From the NCBI GenBank assembly GCA_002269645.1, contig NIVC01001200.1, forward strand, positions 1 to 64,000: DNA of 64,000 nt. The letters run 5' to 3'. Shown here piece after piece: positions 39,190 to 51,931 of this stretch. Within the stretch, counting starts at the first letter, position 1. Each line of letters starts with the position of its first letter. The DNA is from Macrostomum lignano. Its lineage: Eukaryota. The translations under genes were made by a program, and so were the position numbers. The notes below the pieces were generated by a model, which ran no database searches, was not told the origin of the DNA, and was given only the letters and a program-made list of their open reading frames with translations.

Positions 39190-39640
39190 ACAGAATGATA
39201 AGACTGTTTTCTGGTAAAACTCAAGGGTAAGAAGACGGTTTTATTAGAAACAGGACAGATTTCTAAGAAGACGGTTTCTTAGAAAGACGACGAGTTTCTC
39301 GGAAAAAAGACGGGTATCTTCGAAAGAAGACAGTTTTCTTAGAAAGAAGACCGTTTTATTAGAAACAGGACGGTGTTCTAAGAAAGAAGACGGTTTCTTA
39401 GAAAGAAGACGAGTTTCTTAGAAAGAATACGGGTTTCTTAGAAAGAAGACGAGTTTCTTAGAAAGAAGGCAGTTTTTTTAGAAAGAAGACGAAAGAAGAC
39501 GGATTAGTTAGAACCAGGAATGGTTTCTTAAAATAAAAACGGATTTCTTCGAAAAAATGCTCTTCTAAGAATAAGACGGTTTCTAGAAAAAAATAGGACT
39601 GGTTTCTTAAGAGAACTAGATTTAGGGTTAGACTTTAAGG
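39190..39640. repeat. degenerate ~19-20-bp repeat (AGAAAGAAGACGGTTTCTT) in DGK intron 1
   Basis: Direct, degenerate. Confidence 0.8.
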
Positions 39641-40254
39641 AAGACGCTTTTTGTTAAAAAAAAGCCGAGTTTCTAAAATACGGGTTTCGAGAGGAAAATG
39701 CAAGGGAGGTACTAGCGGGGTCCTGAGAATGCGGTAAGGGTAATGACGGGTTTCTAAGAATGAAGTTAAGATAATGACGGGTTTTATGAAGAGTCGTAAA
39801 AGTTCAAGGACGAAATGGACCGGCCTGACAGCGGCAAGCAGTGATGAAGGACGCGGGAATTTAGCATTAGCAGACACTGCCGCAAGCAAATTACAGGCTG
39901 TATATAAAACTGCCAATGATGTTGCTAACACCAATCAGCGATTGAGATTGACGGTGACCCATGCCGTGCTGATAGCGCTTGCACTGCTCAGCCACTGGCA
40001 GAGACAGATCAGGGAGAGGATGAGCAGAATTAGAATGACAGCCTTTAAAAATTATTTTTTAAATTCAAGTTGGATAAAATTGAGCTCATCAGTGACTGTT
40101 TAAAAGCATAAAAACGGTCAACGAAACACAGAGTACTTGCCGACTATCTGATGCTGAGGTGCAGCTGAAAGATTTGTACGCACAGCTGTGTCTGAATATC
40201 TGAATTGCAGTGCAAATGCCTCTTTTGCACAGCTGAGCTCTGCGATGTGCCAGC

Positions 40255-41842
40255 AAAGATCTGGGAGGGCGGCCCAGCAACTCACACTCTGGGAGGCTGG
40301 CCCAGCAACTGGGGATCTGGGAGGGCGGCCCAGAAACTCAAGATCTGGGAGGCTGGCCCAGCAACTAACACTCTGGGAGGCTGGCCCAGCAACTGAGGAT
40401 CTGGGAGGCTGGCCCAGCAACTGAGGATCTGGGAGGGCGGCCCAGCAACTGAGGATCTGGGAGGCTGGCCCAGCAACTAACACTCTGGGAGGCTGGCCCA
40501 GCAACTGAGGATCTGGGAGGCTGGCCCAGCAACTGAGGATCAGGGAGGCTGGCACAGCAACTGAGGATCAGGGAGGCTGGCCCAGTTGAACTGAGGATCT
40601 GGGAGGCTGGCATAGCAACTGAGGATCTGGGAGGCTGGAACAGCAACTGTGGATCTGGGAGGCTGGTATAGAAACTGAGGATCTGGGAGGGCGGCCCAGC
40701 AACTGAGGATCAGGGAGGCTGGCACAGCATCTGAGCATTTGGGAGGGCGGCCCAGCAACTGAGGATCTGGGAGGCTGGCCCAGAAACTGAGGATCAGGGA
40801 GGCTGGCCCAGCAACTGAGGATCTGGGAGGGCGGCCCAGCAACTGAGGATCTGGGAGGCTGGCCCAGCAACTAACACTCTGGGAGGCTGGCCCAGCAACT
40901 GAGGATCTGGGAGGCTGGCCCAGCAACTGAGGATCAGGGAGGCTGGCACAGCAACTGAGGATCAGGGAGGCTGGCCCAGTTGAACTGAGGATCTGGGAGG
41001 CTGGCATAGCAACTGAGGATCTGGGAGGCTGGAACAGCAACTGTGGATCTGGGAGGCTGGTATAGAAACTGAGGATCTGGGAGGCTGGCACAGCATCTGA
41101 GCATTTGGGAGGGCGGCCCAGCAACTGAGGATCTGGGAGGCTGGCCCAGCAACTGAGGATCTGGGAGGGCGGCCCAGCAACTGAGGATCTGGGAGGCTGG
41201 CCCAGCAACTCAAGATCTGGGAGGGCGGCCCAGCAACTCAAGATCAGGGAGGGCGGCTCAGCAACTCAAGATCAAGGAGGGCGGCTCAGCAACTCAAGAT
41301 CAGGGAGGCTGGCCCAGTTGAACTGAGGATCTGGGAGGCTGGCATAGCAACTGAGGATCTGGGAGGCTGGAACAGCAACTGTGGATCTGGGAGGCTGGTA
41401 TAGAAACTTAGGATCTGGGAGGGCGGCCCAGCAACTGAGGATCAGGGAGGCTGGCACAGCATCTGAGCATTTGGGAGGGCGGCCCAGCAACTGAGGATCT
41501 GGGAGGGCGGCCCAGCAACTGAGGATCAGGGAGGCTGGCACAGCATCTGAGCATTTGGGAGGGCGGCCCAGCAACTGAGGATCTGGGAGGCTGGCCCAGA
41601 AACTGAGGATCTGGGAGGCTGGCCCAGCAACTCAAGATCTGGGAGGTTGGCACAGCAACTGTGGATCTGGGAGGCTGGCCCAGCAACTGAGGATCTGGGA
41701 GGCTGGCACAGCAACTGTGGATCTGGGAGGCTGGCCCAGCAACTGAGGATCTGGGAGGCTGGCACAGCAACTGTGGATCTGGGAGGCTGGCCCAGCAACT
41801 GAGGATCTGGGAGGCTGGCATAGCAACTGAGGATCTGGGAGG
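40255..41842. repeat. 28-bp minisatellite (CAGCAACTGAGGATCTGGGAGGCTGGCC), ~56 copies, in DGK intron 1
   Basis: Direct. Confidence 0.95.
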
Positions 41843-41886
41843 AAGTCAGCAGGATCCCAAATAAAACTCAGAAACCGCGCACTCAC

Positions 41887-42270
41887 CGGCAGCAGCTCTG
41901 TGGTGTCCCAGCCGAGGTACTCAGTGACCTTCATCATCTGGCTGATGATGGCGTCGACCTCGCTGGTATCCAGGTAGCCGTTGCCGTCGGTGTCGAACAG
42001 GCGGAAGACGAACTCGAGCTTCTCCTCGGGCGCGCCGCTCTCCAGCTCGCTGAGGCAGCGGACGAGCTCCTTGTCGACGCCTTCGAGGCTGCTGGCTGCG
42101 CCAAACGATGAAGAGGCGGGGCCGCCCGATGAGGGCGAGCTGAGGCCGCCGTCGTCCTTGGACTTGGAGCCGGAGGCACCGCCGTGGCGCCGGCGGGTCT
42201 GCGGCGTGTCGTCCGCCGAGCCGCCGGAGGCCAGCGGCAGCACCGGGAAGGAGCGGCTCCGTGAGTCCAT
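41887..42270 (-). CDS. dgk: type I diacylglycerol kinase, exon 1 (EF-hand 1)
   Basis: ATG at 42270; motif [24 protein letters not shown]; GTGAGT donor at 41886. Exons of 384+421+929+588 = 2322 nt give 773 aa plus stop. Further upstream exons are not excluded. Confidence 0.9.
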
Positions 42271-45200
42271 CACGGCGCGCTGACCGACTTGCTTGCTGCT
42301 GGTCCCGAGTTCGAACCCGAGACAGTTGATTCGACTGGCTGGCTGGCTGTGGGGGACGTCGCTGATGAAGGCCGGTGCGGGCCGGCTGCGCCGGTCTGTC
42401 CTGGCCGCGCCTCTTCCTCTATTTATGCAAACGGGGCGGGCACAGCGGCGGGCGGGCCGGCGGGCATCAATAAAACAAAAATTGCGCGAGCTTCAACCGC
42501 GAGGCTGCTGCGGGGCGGCCCTGCCCAGTTTTCCACTCGGGCCGGCAGGCTGCGGGCAGATGAGCGCGGGAGAGACGGGGCTGCTGCGGGCCAGGGAAAT
42601 CGCTGGGCTCGGCTGCTTAGAAGGGCGGGAGAAGGCCGGAGCAGTCAAGATCGGGGCAGGGGAGAGAAGCAGGGGGGAGCGCGCGGAGGAAGAGGATCGC
42701 GAGGTGGAAACAGAATCCGAATGGGCGCGGGCGGCTCAGGGAATGGGACAGGGGGGAAGAGGGGTGAAGCCGCAGGGAAATGGGCAGCAGGAAGGCGCTG
42801 GGGCAGCCATTCGCCAGAACTCAAAATGGCGGGCCCTCCCTCTTCCCCTTGGCTCTCCTCTGGCCCGCCCTGGCGCGGTGAGGCGCCGCCAAGAAGTTCA
42901 GCGGTGGCTGCTGGAGTCCCTCCCAGCTTCTCTCGGAAGACTCGAAAGTTCGCCTCATCACTAACAGGGAGAGGCAGGGACTCGAAGGGCGGTAATCAGG
43001 CAACTGATTAATAGGCTGGATGAATGCTGGATTTGGGCGCGGGATCTACTACGGATTATTTAGGCCTGATGAGATTAAGATTGAGAAAACAGCGAGTCTG
43101 GTTGGAAAGTGAAATTGGATTTAGGAATGCATAAAAGAACAATAGTTTTACTAGCAAATCCAAATGCTGAACTTTTTGGGTGAACTCTTTCTGATATGAA
43201 TCAATAAAGGCATGATGAATTTAATCTATATTTGTTTTTAAGCAATTATAATTTTTTAAAAAGTAGCTAAATCTTTTAATTACAGGTTCATAAAAATCCA
43301 TAAACTTCAAAGAATAAATTATATAAACCTATAAATTGTTCCTAATATTTGAGGATAGGAATGGATACAGAAAAAATCTATAAGTATAAGGAGGTGCACA
43401 TAAATATAAAACTATTATTAAAATACATTGCAATTAAACCAAATCTTCTATCTGGGATACACAGAACTATGATAATGATATATAGACTCCCTCCCTAAAA
43501 CTGCCCCTAAGTAATGATTAAATAACATTTAATTTGTTAGACATAAGAAGAAACTATTAGCATTTATGACTTAAAAACCAAACTAAAATTAGTGTCTATA
43601 AGATTTTTGGTGTTACCATCTTAAGTAAAATAGATCTATAAAGGGTTTATTCTATATATTTTATTTGAATAATACAATAACAAAAGTAAAACATTAAAAT
43701 ACTAATACTATAGTAAAAATAATATTCAAATTTTAAATCTAGCTTTGATAGAAAGAAGACAATGACATTACTCAAAGCTATTCTGCTATATCAAAAACAT
43801 AAAACACATATAGATTGTTTTATCCAAGCATAGAAAACTTAAGAGATTTAGTTATATTTGGATAATACTTAGTACAGCCACTGCCAGCATTAGAAAAATG
43901 TAAAAGATATGCTAGATAGAATCTGGAGTAATTAGCGTTCATAAAAATTGAATGATTGAATGACATAAATAAAAAAGGCATTTTTTAAAATTACCAGCTA
44001 AAAATAACTAACACGCCGCTTTGGAGGGCCAATTGTTTCCAACAAAATACACCTTATTTTGCGAGTTAAATTTAGTCATTGTAAATATACACAGACTTTA
44101 ACAAATATAAATATTTGAGAGCTACTACACATAAGTAAATTTACAAATGGTTGTCATTAAAACTAAAATAAAAAACTTCTGCTGATTTTATTAAGTGATT
44201 TTTAGCTTTACAATGTAAAATTTTAAATATATTCATAATGTTTCGCGGTATCATGGTTACAGCACGTCGTCGTATGGAGCTCGGCTTGCTCAATGCTGTG
44301 CCTCTATCAAGCAGTGAGTTGACTTGAGTTTGAAAGAATATACAACATAATAATGTGACTAACGTTTTCTGCAATTCCGGTTAGGCTCAAAGCAAAAGTG
44401 AAGATCAAACAATTTTTTAGCAGGGTGTAAATAAGTGTAACTAATAACTATATTGGCAGCAGACCAGGCGTGCTTCTCCTTAAGCATAGACGCAAGAAAA
44501 TCAAAGAAGAACCAAGTGCATTTACAGAGCCGCCCCCTCTGCAACCCATTGGGCAGCTTGGGGCCTTGGGTCTGTCTTTACTCTCTAAAATCCCCCTAAG
44601 TAATTATGACTGTCTTATAAAGGCTAAATGTCTTATTATCTAATTAGTATTATATGTATTCTTTTGGAACATTTTTGCAACTTACCCTTGGTCAACCAAC
44701 CATAATTTATAGTGGCTAGATTGGTTTGGTTGGCCAGAAGTTGTGCATGTATAGTAAAAAACTATTATATTTTAATTATTTTTATTTTACTTTTTCTTTT
44801 TAGAAAAGCTAAATACAATTTTTTAATTTAGGTTTCTGAGGATTAGAATCTAGGAGGGTTGCATCAGAGAGACTAGGCCCCCCTAATGCTTTTAAGGGCT
44901 ATCTAATGTTTTGGTAAAGTAATGTTTTTGCAAATAGTGTTCTAGCAAATTTATTTTTCAGGAACTTTTTTTATCTCAATGACACAATGCTATATATTAT
45001 AATAATTTTCTTACAATAAACTTCTAAACTCATAATAATATAATTTTCTATTACCCAGTGGCAGTAAAGACTACTTTGTTGAAATCACAACTTTATTTTT
45101 CTGGTTTTTAAAAATGCAGTTTTAGGCTTATTGAATATGACCCGTTTTCCAACTCCAACTCCAACTCCAACTCTAAGTCCAAAAAAGACTAACAAAAAAA

Positions 45201-45307
45201 TTTAAAGGAAAATTCTTAAAAAAGCGACAAAAGAAATTTAAAACTGACAAAAAATAAATGTACCAAAAGAATTCTACATTTTGATAAATTTTCAGCACAA
45301 TTCATAT

Positions 45308-45535
45308 ATCCAGGCCGTTGCTATTGACATTTAGTTTGAAATGGACAATTTAAATGCATATATTTCTATGCCTGTCAAATATTGACATAAAACTTTGAGC
45401 ACCTGGGCCTGATTCATGCATCCAGGCCGTTGCTATTGATATTTAGTTTGAAATTTTTAGTATATTGGATGGACAACTTAAATGCATACATTTCTGTGCG
45501 TGTTATATATTGACATAAAACTTTGAGCACCTGGC
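45308..45535 (+). repeat. two diverged direct copies of a ~110-bp unit (TCCAGGCCGTTGCTATTGA...CTTTGAGCACCTGG)
   Basis: Direct. Confidence 0.8.
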
Positions 45536-45704
45536 CTACACCTAAAACTCAAACTAATGCAATAAACTTGAAAAGCAAACATGCTCCGTATACTCGCTAG
45601 AATAACAGAGCAAGCGCGGTATTGCTCTTTGGTGGGATAGACATAGGAAAATTGTTCAGCTAGTATACACACACTTCGGAATCAGTAAAATTTGGTACAG
45701 TTGA

Positions 45705-46045
45705 AATAATGAAGGTGAAATATGAAGCACGCGTACAACAGAAATGAACAGGTGAAATGTGAAGCACGAGTACAACAGAAACGAACAGGTGAAATGTGAA
45801 GCACGCGTACAACAGAAACAAACAGGTGAAATGTGAAGCATGCGTACAATAGAAACGAACAGGTGAAATGTGAAGCACGCGTACAACAGAAACGAACAGC
45901 TGAAATGTGAAGCACGCATACAACAGAAACAAACAGCTGAAATGTGAAGCACGCGTACAACAGAAATGAACAGGTGAAATGTGAAGCACGCGTACAATAG
46001 AAACAAACAGGTGAAATGTGAAGCATGCGTACAATAGAAACAAAC
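45705..46045. repeat. 37-bp minisatellite (AACAGGTGAAATGTGAAGCACGCGTACAACAGAAACG), ~9 copies
   Basis: Direct. Confidence 0.92.
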
Positions 46046-46708
46046 AAGAGATCAAAACATCTATTTGTAACAATGCTACTGCATTATAAAGTTAAAGGAT
46101 TAGCATAGAGCAGAACTTGCAACACAAATAATGAATGCATTGTTTGCTATTGATAAAATGTTCCAATGCGCATAGGTGCATAGTAACATGAGAAAAAATG
46201 AGCAAAGTTATATAAGCAGATGGAGATTGCCCAAGCCAATTGCAGGTTATGAACAAATTCGGGTAATAATGAGCAGGGTACAAAAACTACATTGTTAAGT
46301 AGTCCTTGATGAAGTATATAAGCAAAACAGGTGGGTTATGGGTTGTGGACAAGTGCAAGGACAAGTGGACAACTTCAAAAAAATTTAATTGTGTTCTCAA
46401 CTTACAAGAAGCGTTATCATCCCAGTCTCACTCATCTGAGTCTCTCCAGTTGGGCCCTGCAAGTCTACGACTAATAGAGTAATAAAAAATTCCAAGGCAG
46501 AATATAGGTCAACATTCAGATTGCAAGCGTCATTGCTAGGGATCCGGGACCTAACTACCTTTCAGCCAGTCTATCAGTTTGATACTGATTTGAAACGATA
46601 AGCAATAACTCAGATAACTAGCCTGTCAAAGTCAATTGACTTCTGTTTTCGTGTTAATATTTCCTTACTACCATTTTCCTTCAGTTCTACTGATAAGGTA
46701 ACATAGGA

Positions 46709-46769
46709 TCTAGTAGTAATAGTAGTAGTAGTAGTAGTAGTACTAGTAGTACTAGTAGTAGTACTAGTA

Positions 46770-46804
<35 letters not shown>
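46709..46804. repeat. (TAG)n trinucleotide tract
   Basis: Direct. Confidence 0.9.
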
Positions 46805-46889
46805 CAAGCGCAACCCATAACAATAGTGGGATGCAAACAGGACAAGTATGAATGGAAATTATGACAATTTTGTTCAGACTTAGAGATGG

Positions 46890-49625
46890 TGACTGTGATA
46901 TAACTTGTCTTTATTGCTCGCGGTAGCAAAATAAGAGACAGATTTTGCACGCGAAGAACCGGTCCTTTGCATCCTTGATTCTGCTGAACTCCTTCGGCAT
47001 CACGTCGACACATAGCATGGTACCAGGTGTCACACATGTCGCACTTCATCTTTGGTTTAAAGGTTAAAGAAGAAAAATACAGATACGTTATTTCACAAAC
47101 TATAATACTTTCATTTCGGTACTCACCCAGTTGCGCAGTGAGCTTGTTTTGGACGTCTCATGACAGCTGTTGCACCGGTTGGAATCTGGAGGCTACAGGA
47201 TGCCATTGTGCTGCAGTATTGTCTGCCAGATACGTGCTTGTGCGCATGCTAGGAAGCCTTCGTCAGTACAAAAATGGTATGGAATTCCTAGTTTAAAACA
47301 CTTGGCATAGAGGCACACGATGATGCCACAGTTATGACCATCTTGCTGCATGGCTGCCGATGCCGCTCGTGGCAGCTAAGGTCCGGAAAGCCGCCAGATG
47401 GACAGGTTGCGCACCAGTCCGCTATAGTTGTGGCGCAAAAAGGAATCATTTTTAAGAAGGGGTATAAATTATTATGAAATAAAAGCAAATAAAGGCTCTA
47501 GTGAGATAACAGAATTGGGGCGTTGATACGTTCAATACCAAATCTACAGGAAATAGTGAACTTCTGAACATACACCACATACCACCATGAGGCATACCAC
47601 ATCATGTCGAAACCCAGTTGCAATGGATCCAAGAAGGTTGTTGTTTTATCCCGAGTGTCGACCATGAAGCAGGTAAAATAGGTTGGCTTTTATCCACACA
47701 GGATAAAAGATGTGCCGCGTTTGGGAGGTGAGCATAGATGATAGCGTCATAATGGATTGAAGCCATAGTTGTCATCCAAAAAACTTACGGATTACTCTAA
47801 CTATATCACACAAAAGCTAACTGCATTTTCCAGTGAACTTATAGTTGCTGAAGAATATCTTTGATTGAGGTCTTGACGCTTTCGTCGTGTTTCAGTGAAA
47901 TCAACTGTGGTGAGGTCTGTGTAGCTAAATATGCTGCAGTCAGAAGCCTCGAAAAAAGCGTGAATATATGCACTCACGATTTGGATGCTAACTGCACGAT
48001 TATCGCGAAGCACTGCAAAATCACTACCATCAATCATGGCCCTGCGGTCTTTCGCCCAGAACAGAAATTTTACCACTTGGAACTCAGCTACAGAATGCGT
48101 CACGCAACCAGCCCCTTTTTACCATGCAGCACATCATGTTTTATGCTTCTGAAGTAGTTCTTAGCAGTTACGTTTGAATACCACGATTCTCGTAGGTCAA
48201 GCTGAGCCTGGTTCTCAACTACAAAATGTCCGAAAAGAGGAGCCAAAGGAAGCCATTGGTTAGCGAGCAGTTCGGTAAGCTTTTCTGAGTACATTGGATT
48301 CGTTGTATTGTAGTCATCACCTGTGGCGTCTACGCAAACATTGCGGGCAAACTTCGCAAAGAAAGGCAACTTTCGGCGAATGCTACTCGTGTCATACACA
48401 ATTTCCATAAAGGAGGAATTTTGGAAAACTTTCGTTTCAGATGTGTCAGGAACACCATTAGGAGTCTCGACTGTCTTCCATTCGGAAACTCTTTCAGTGA
48501 GAGTCAACAAGACATCTACTATTGCACAACGTGAGCTGAACAGTGTCACAGCGAGCTGAGCTGACATTACAAAACTAGCATACAACTTGCTATAGATAAG
48601 GAGAATGAACACTGATGAAGAAGTGCTTTGTTCAGGCATCAACATCGGCAAATGCAGGCTTTTTGAGTGTTCAACAGATTGTCGCTACAACATGGTTTGT
48701 ACACAAAAATGGCATCGACTGTATGGGTGCAGCTTCTTTTTCGAAATGGTCAAATTGGCGCTGGATTAAATGGGTCAGGCTCGTCTGGCAGAAGCAAGCG
48801 CACATAGCAAGAATTAGTGCCCACAAAAAATCTGTTACAACAATTCTGACAGGAGGAATCGTTCTATTGTACAGTCTGTTCAGAGCGTAGACTACTTTCA
48901 GCAAGAAGATGTGAACCTGCTCCGTGCTATGCGACACCAGAATGGCATTGGCAATGTTGATAGGAAGAGATTCATGCGGGCTCTCAAGAGTAAGCGAGTA
49001 CAAAAATGGTTGGCCTGCTACATAGTTTAATTTTTTTACGATTCCGCCATTAGCGTCAAAATGCAGCACCTGCCTCTTGCACATACTATCAAGAATCGTT
49101 CTGAGTTGATCTTTGGAGAACATAGTGAGCTCGAATGGACGCTCTATAATAGTCTAAATGTATCCCTTAACAGTCTTTTCCAAACTGGCACTGTCGAGTG
49201 CATCCTTGTAATGCAACAGAGTCAGTAAAACATGTTCTCCGAAGTGTAGCACCGAGGATCAAACGCAGTTGGATTCGTCTTTGCCGATTTTTCATTCCAA
49301 CTTGCTTAAAATTCTTTGCTTTTAGCAAAAACTTGTCCGCTTTTATGAGATTGTCGAAAAAGACTTGCATTCCAGTTTTTAATGGTCGTTGTTGAGCCTG
49401 TAGTTTGTCTATCATTTCATTGGTTTCGCAGACGGAACTTCGGCGACACAGAGACTTGAGATGGTGTTCGTCACCTGTTTCATACATGTAGACATGAACC
49501 ATTCCACTGACAGGCGAGTCAGCTGATGTCTTAAAAACTATGGCTTCAAAAGTTTTACAAGATAGATGCAGGCAGTGCATGGACTGTTTTATCCACACTG
49601 GAGCCTTGCGGGACACCAAGTACAC
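46890..49625 (-). pseudogene. Mutator/Foldback (NOF-like) transposase with C-terminal Ulp1-like protease and PHD finger, disrupted by stops and frameshifts
   Basis: Motifs GYI*TIIERPFELTMFS, VLHFDANGGIV (D1), RIVVTDFLWAL (D2), FLCTNH (CxxH), SNVTAKNYFRSIKHDVL (E site read as K). Ulp1-like IDGSDFAVLRDNR..IVSAYI and HIFYPVW...VDTRDKTTTFLDPL. PHD CNSC...W|MKCDMCDTWYHAMC...FFACKIC joined across a GT-AG intron at 47126-47050. Confidence 0.75.
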
Positions 49626-49889
49626 ATACCTCTTGTCAAAATTGATGATACATGTTGTGTGCTTCTCTACTTCAGTTCACAGAAAGTGCCTCCACTGGGT
49701 TGCCAATGGTTCTAAAAGTGTCTGCAATTCGATTGCATCCTTCAAAATGTGGGACCAAAAGCGGCAATCTATAATTTCAATGACGCACAAGTGCCTCTGT
49801 TCACTGTGCAAGGTTTTGTGAGAAACAGTTGCTTGGTAATATTCAACAGTACAGTTTTCAATTGGCTGGCTACCTGCTTGGTCTTGGTT

Positions 49890-50552
49890 GCTGGGCTCTA
49901 TGATCTTTTCCTGGCTGCTACTGCTCCCAGACTTACTGTTTGCTAGGCTGTCACCATTGCTCTCTGTATGGCTCATGTCTTAGTAGTTGTCATAGCCAGG
50001 CTCAATAATTTCTTCCTGGCTGCTACAGCTCCCAGTTTCATTCTCAGGGGCACTGCTGGCTGGGCTGTTACCACTGCTGTCTGTATGGCTATCTTGGCTG
50101 TCACAGCCAGGCTCAATAATTTCTTCCTGGCTGCTACAGCTCTTAGTTTCATTCTCAGGGGCACTGCTGCCTGGGCTGTCACCATTGCTATCTTCATCAC
50201 TATCATATGATGACTCAATATCATCATCCACAGTGCCACTATGACAGGATGTTTGATGATTTTGGCATGACTGTCCTGCTGAATCTTTAAATCGCACTGA
50301 CGCTATCTGAATACGCAAGCGATTTTTTGGCAGGTTAGGCATATTCAGTGCACGACACATACGACCCCAGCATCTAGAACTGCTTCGCCAGCTGTGTGTG
50401 TAACATGGTGGGCTTTTTAGCCACACATGCTGCAGGTGCTCCTGCAAAAACAAAAGAATTTTTTTAAATAGCATGCTGATCCGACACACTTTTATTGTTT
50501 TTACTTTCCTTTTACTGTTGTACAAGCTTTTGGTTTCCAAAACGTTATACAT
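49890..50552 (-). other. probable N-terminal part of the transposon gene, with an acidic ~111-bp coding tandem duplication (SSSQEEIIEPG)
   Basis: ORFs 49980-50552 and 49677-49976 carry repeated S/D/E-rich units and a CWGRMC motif. The link to the transposase is inferred from position and strand. Confidence 0.45.
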
Positions 50553-50830
50553 TAATTCTGACGTATCTGAACAACTAAATATTATGCCAGACCCTACCTG
50601 CTTTTCCCTGGCCGCTCTGATGACAGAGTCCTCTGGGTCTTGTGTTGGCCTAGAAGGGGCTGCTTCTGCTGCAGCTGATGCCGACGTACTCGGTTTGGCA
50701 AACGATTGGAAGCGAACTGTTCTCTGTGGAAATATTATGAGTGACTTAATATAAATTCCTTAAATACTTTAATACTTTTTTACTTTAATATTTAATACTT
50801 TAAATACTTTTAAATTCAAGTCTTACTTAC

Positions 50831-51700
50831 CGGCAGCTCCGGTTCTACACTGGAGCTCGTGATGCTGCCACTGCGCCTCTTTCTGGCCGGCTCCGGCAAA
50901 TCGTCGATGGGCGGTGCCTGGCGAGATGGTTTTGCCAATCTGAGGTGCTGGAATTGCTGGCGTATAAGCTTAGCAGTAGTCACAGCCCTTTCGGCTACGT
51001 CCGCCCTTCCGGTGCCTTCGAGCTCGGCCAATTCATCCGCTGTCACTTCCTGGTACCAAGCGTCCTTCATGGGTTCTTCGCCTTTCCATATTCTTAATTT
51101 TTCGATCTGGCGGCAAAAGAAGAATCTATAATCGTAGGTGTAGCCTTCAATTTCATCGCATTCATCCAGCGTTTGCTGAATCAGCTTATCATACGATTTT
51201 CCGGCGAACCCATGCAGAAAGATGCCATAAGGCCGGTTGGCGTGATATAGCAATTTGGCATCCTTCGCGGACAAGCAATACACTTTGCTGCCATTCGCCA
51301 GGCAGTGTCGATGTGTGGCCGAGCGAAAACAGGGGCAGAGATTTTTGGCGTCGTTTCTTACAGCATTTAACTCAACCCACTGGGCGAAGAGGCCCGTCGG
51401 GCATTGCAGTGAGGGCGGCTGCTCGTAGGTCAGCCGTACCTTCCGAAGTTTCGGGCCTCTGTTCACCAATTTGACTTTCGTATCGTGCTTCCGCGGCTTA
51501 TACTTCGCTGTCTGGCCGGCTTCGCAGTCGTCAACAGCATCTTCTGCTTCTTCTTCTTCTTCTTCGCTCTCCTCCCTGTCCGCCTGCTCTTCCAGGCAAT
51601 CGGCCCTTGTAGGTTCGTACGTCTCGTCACCGTCCGACATGGAGGAATCTGTTTCGTCTACGTTGACCTTTGGCCGAGAGGGAAAGGCTCTACCGATCGG
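50831..51700 (-). CDS. 870-nt open exon of unknown function (acidic N-terminus, Cys/His-containing middle); a 126-nt exon follows at 50723-50598
   Basis: TATCTTGCAG acceptor ending at 51701, GTAAGT donor at 50830, and an AT-rich intron 50830-50724 ending TTTCCACAG. No stops in the exon. Confidence 0.6.
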
Positions 51701-51931
51701 CTGCAAGATATAATAGGGTTTATATTGTAAATTTATTACGCACAGAGTCTAGCAAATTTTTAGATAGCAAAACGTGTAGCAATTAACTGGGACGTTTAAT
51801 AGGCGTATTATAGCTGGTAGTAATAAATATATATTGTCCCTCCTCAATTGTAGACACCCAAAGCAGATGGTTTAATATCATACTATCATACAATTATTCA
51901 TACATGGAATTTACATATTTGAAGTCCTACA

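Noticed and set aside
29908-41842. Common origin of the 29.9-kb and 40.3-kb arrays (shared CAGCAACTGA)
   Set aside because: Only a 10-mer is shared and the rest of the units differ.
42289-43011. ORFs upstream of DGK on the plus strand
   Set aside because: GC-rich promoter/5' region with G/A/R-biased translations and no domain; likely non-coding.
44359-44544. hAT dimerisation-domain fragment
   Set aside because: Resemblance is too weak to support without a profile search.
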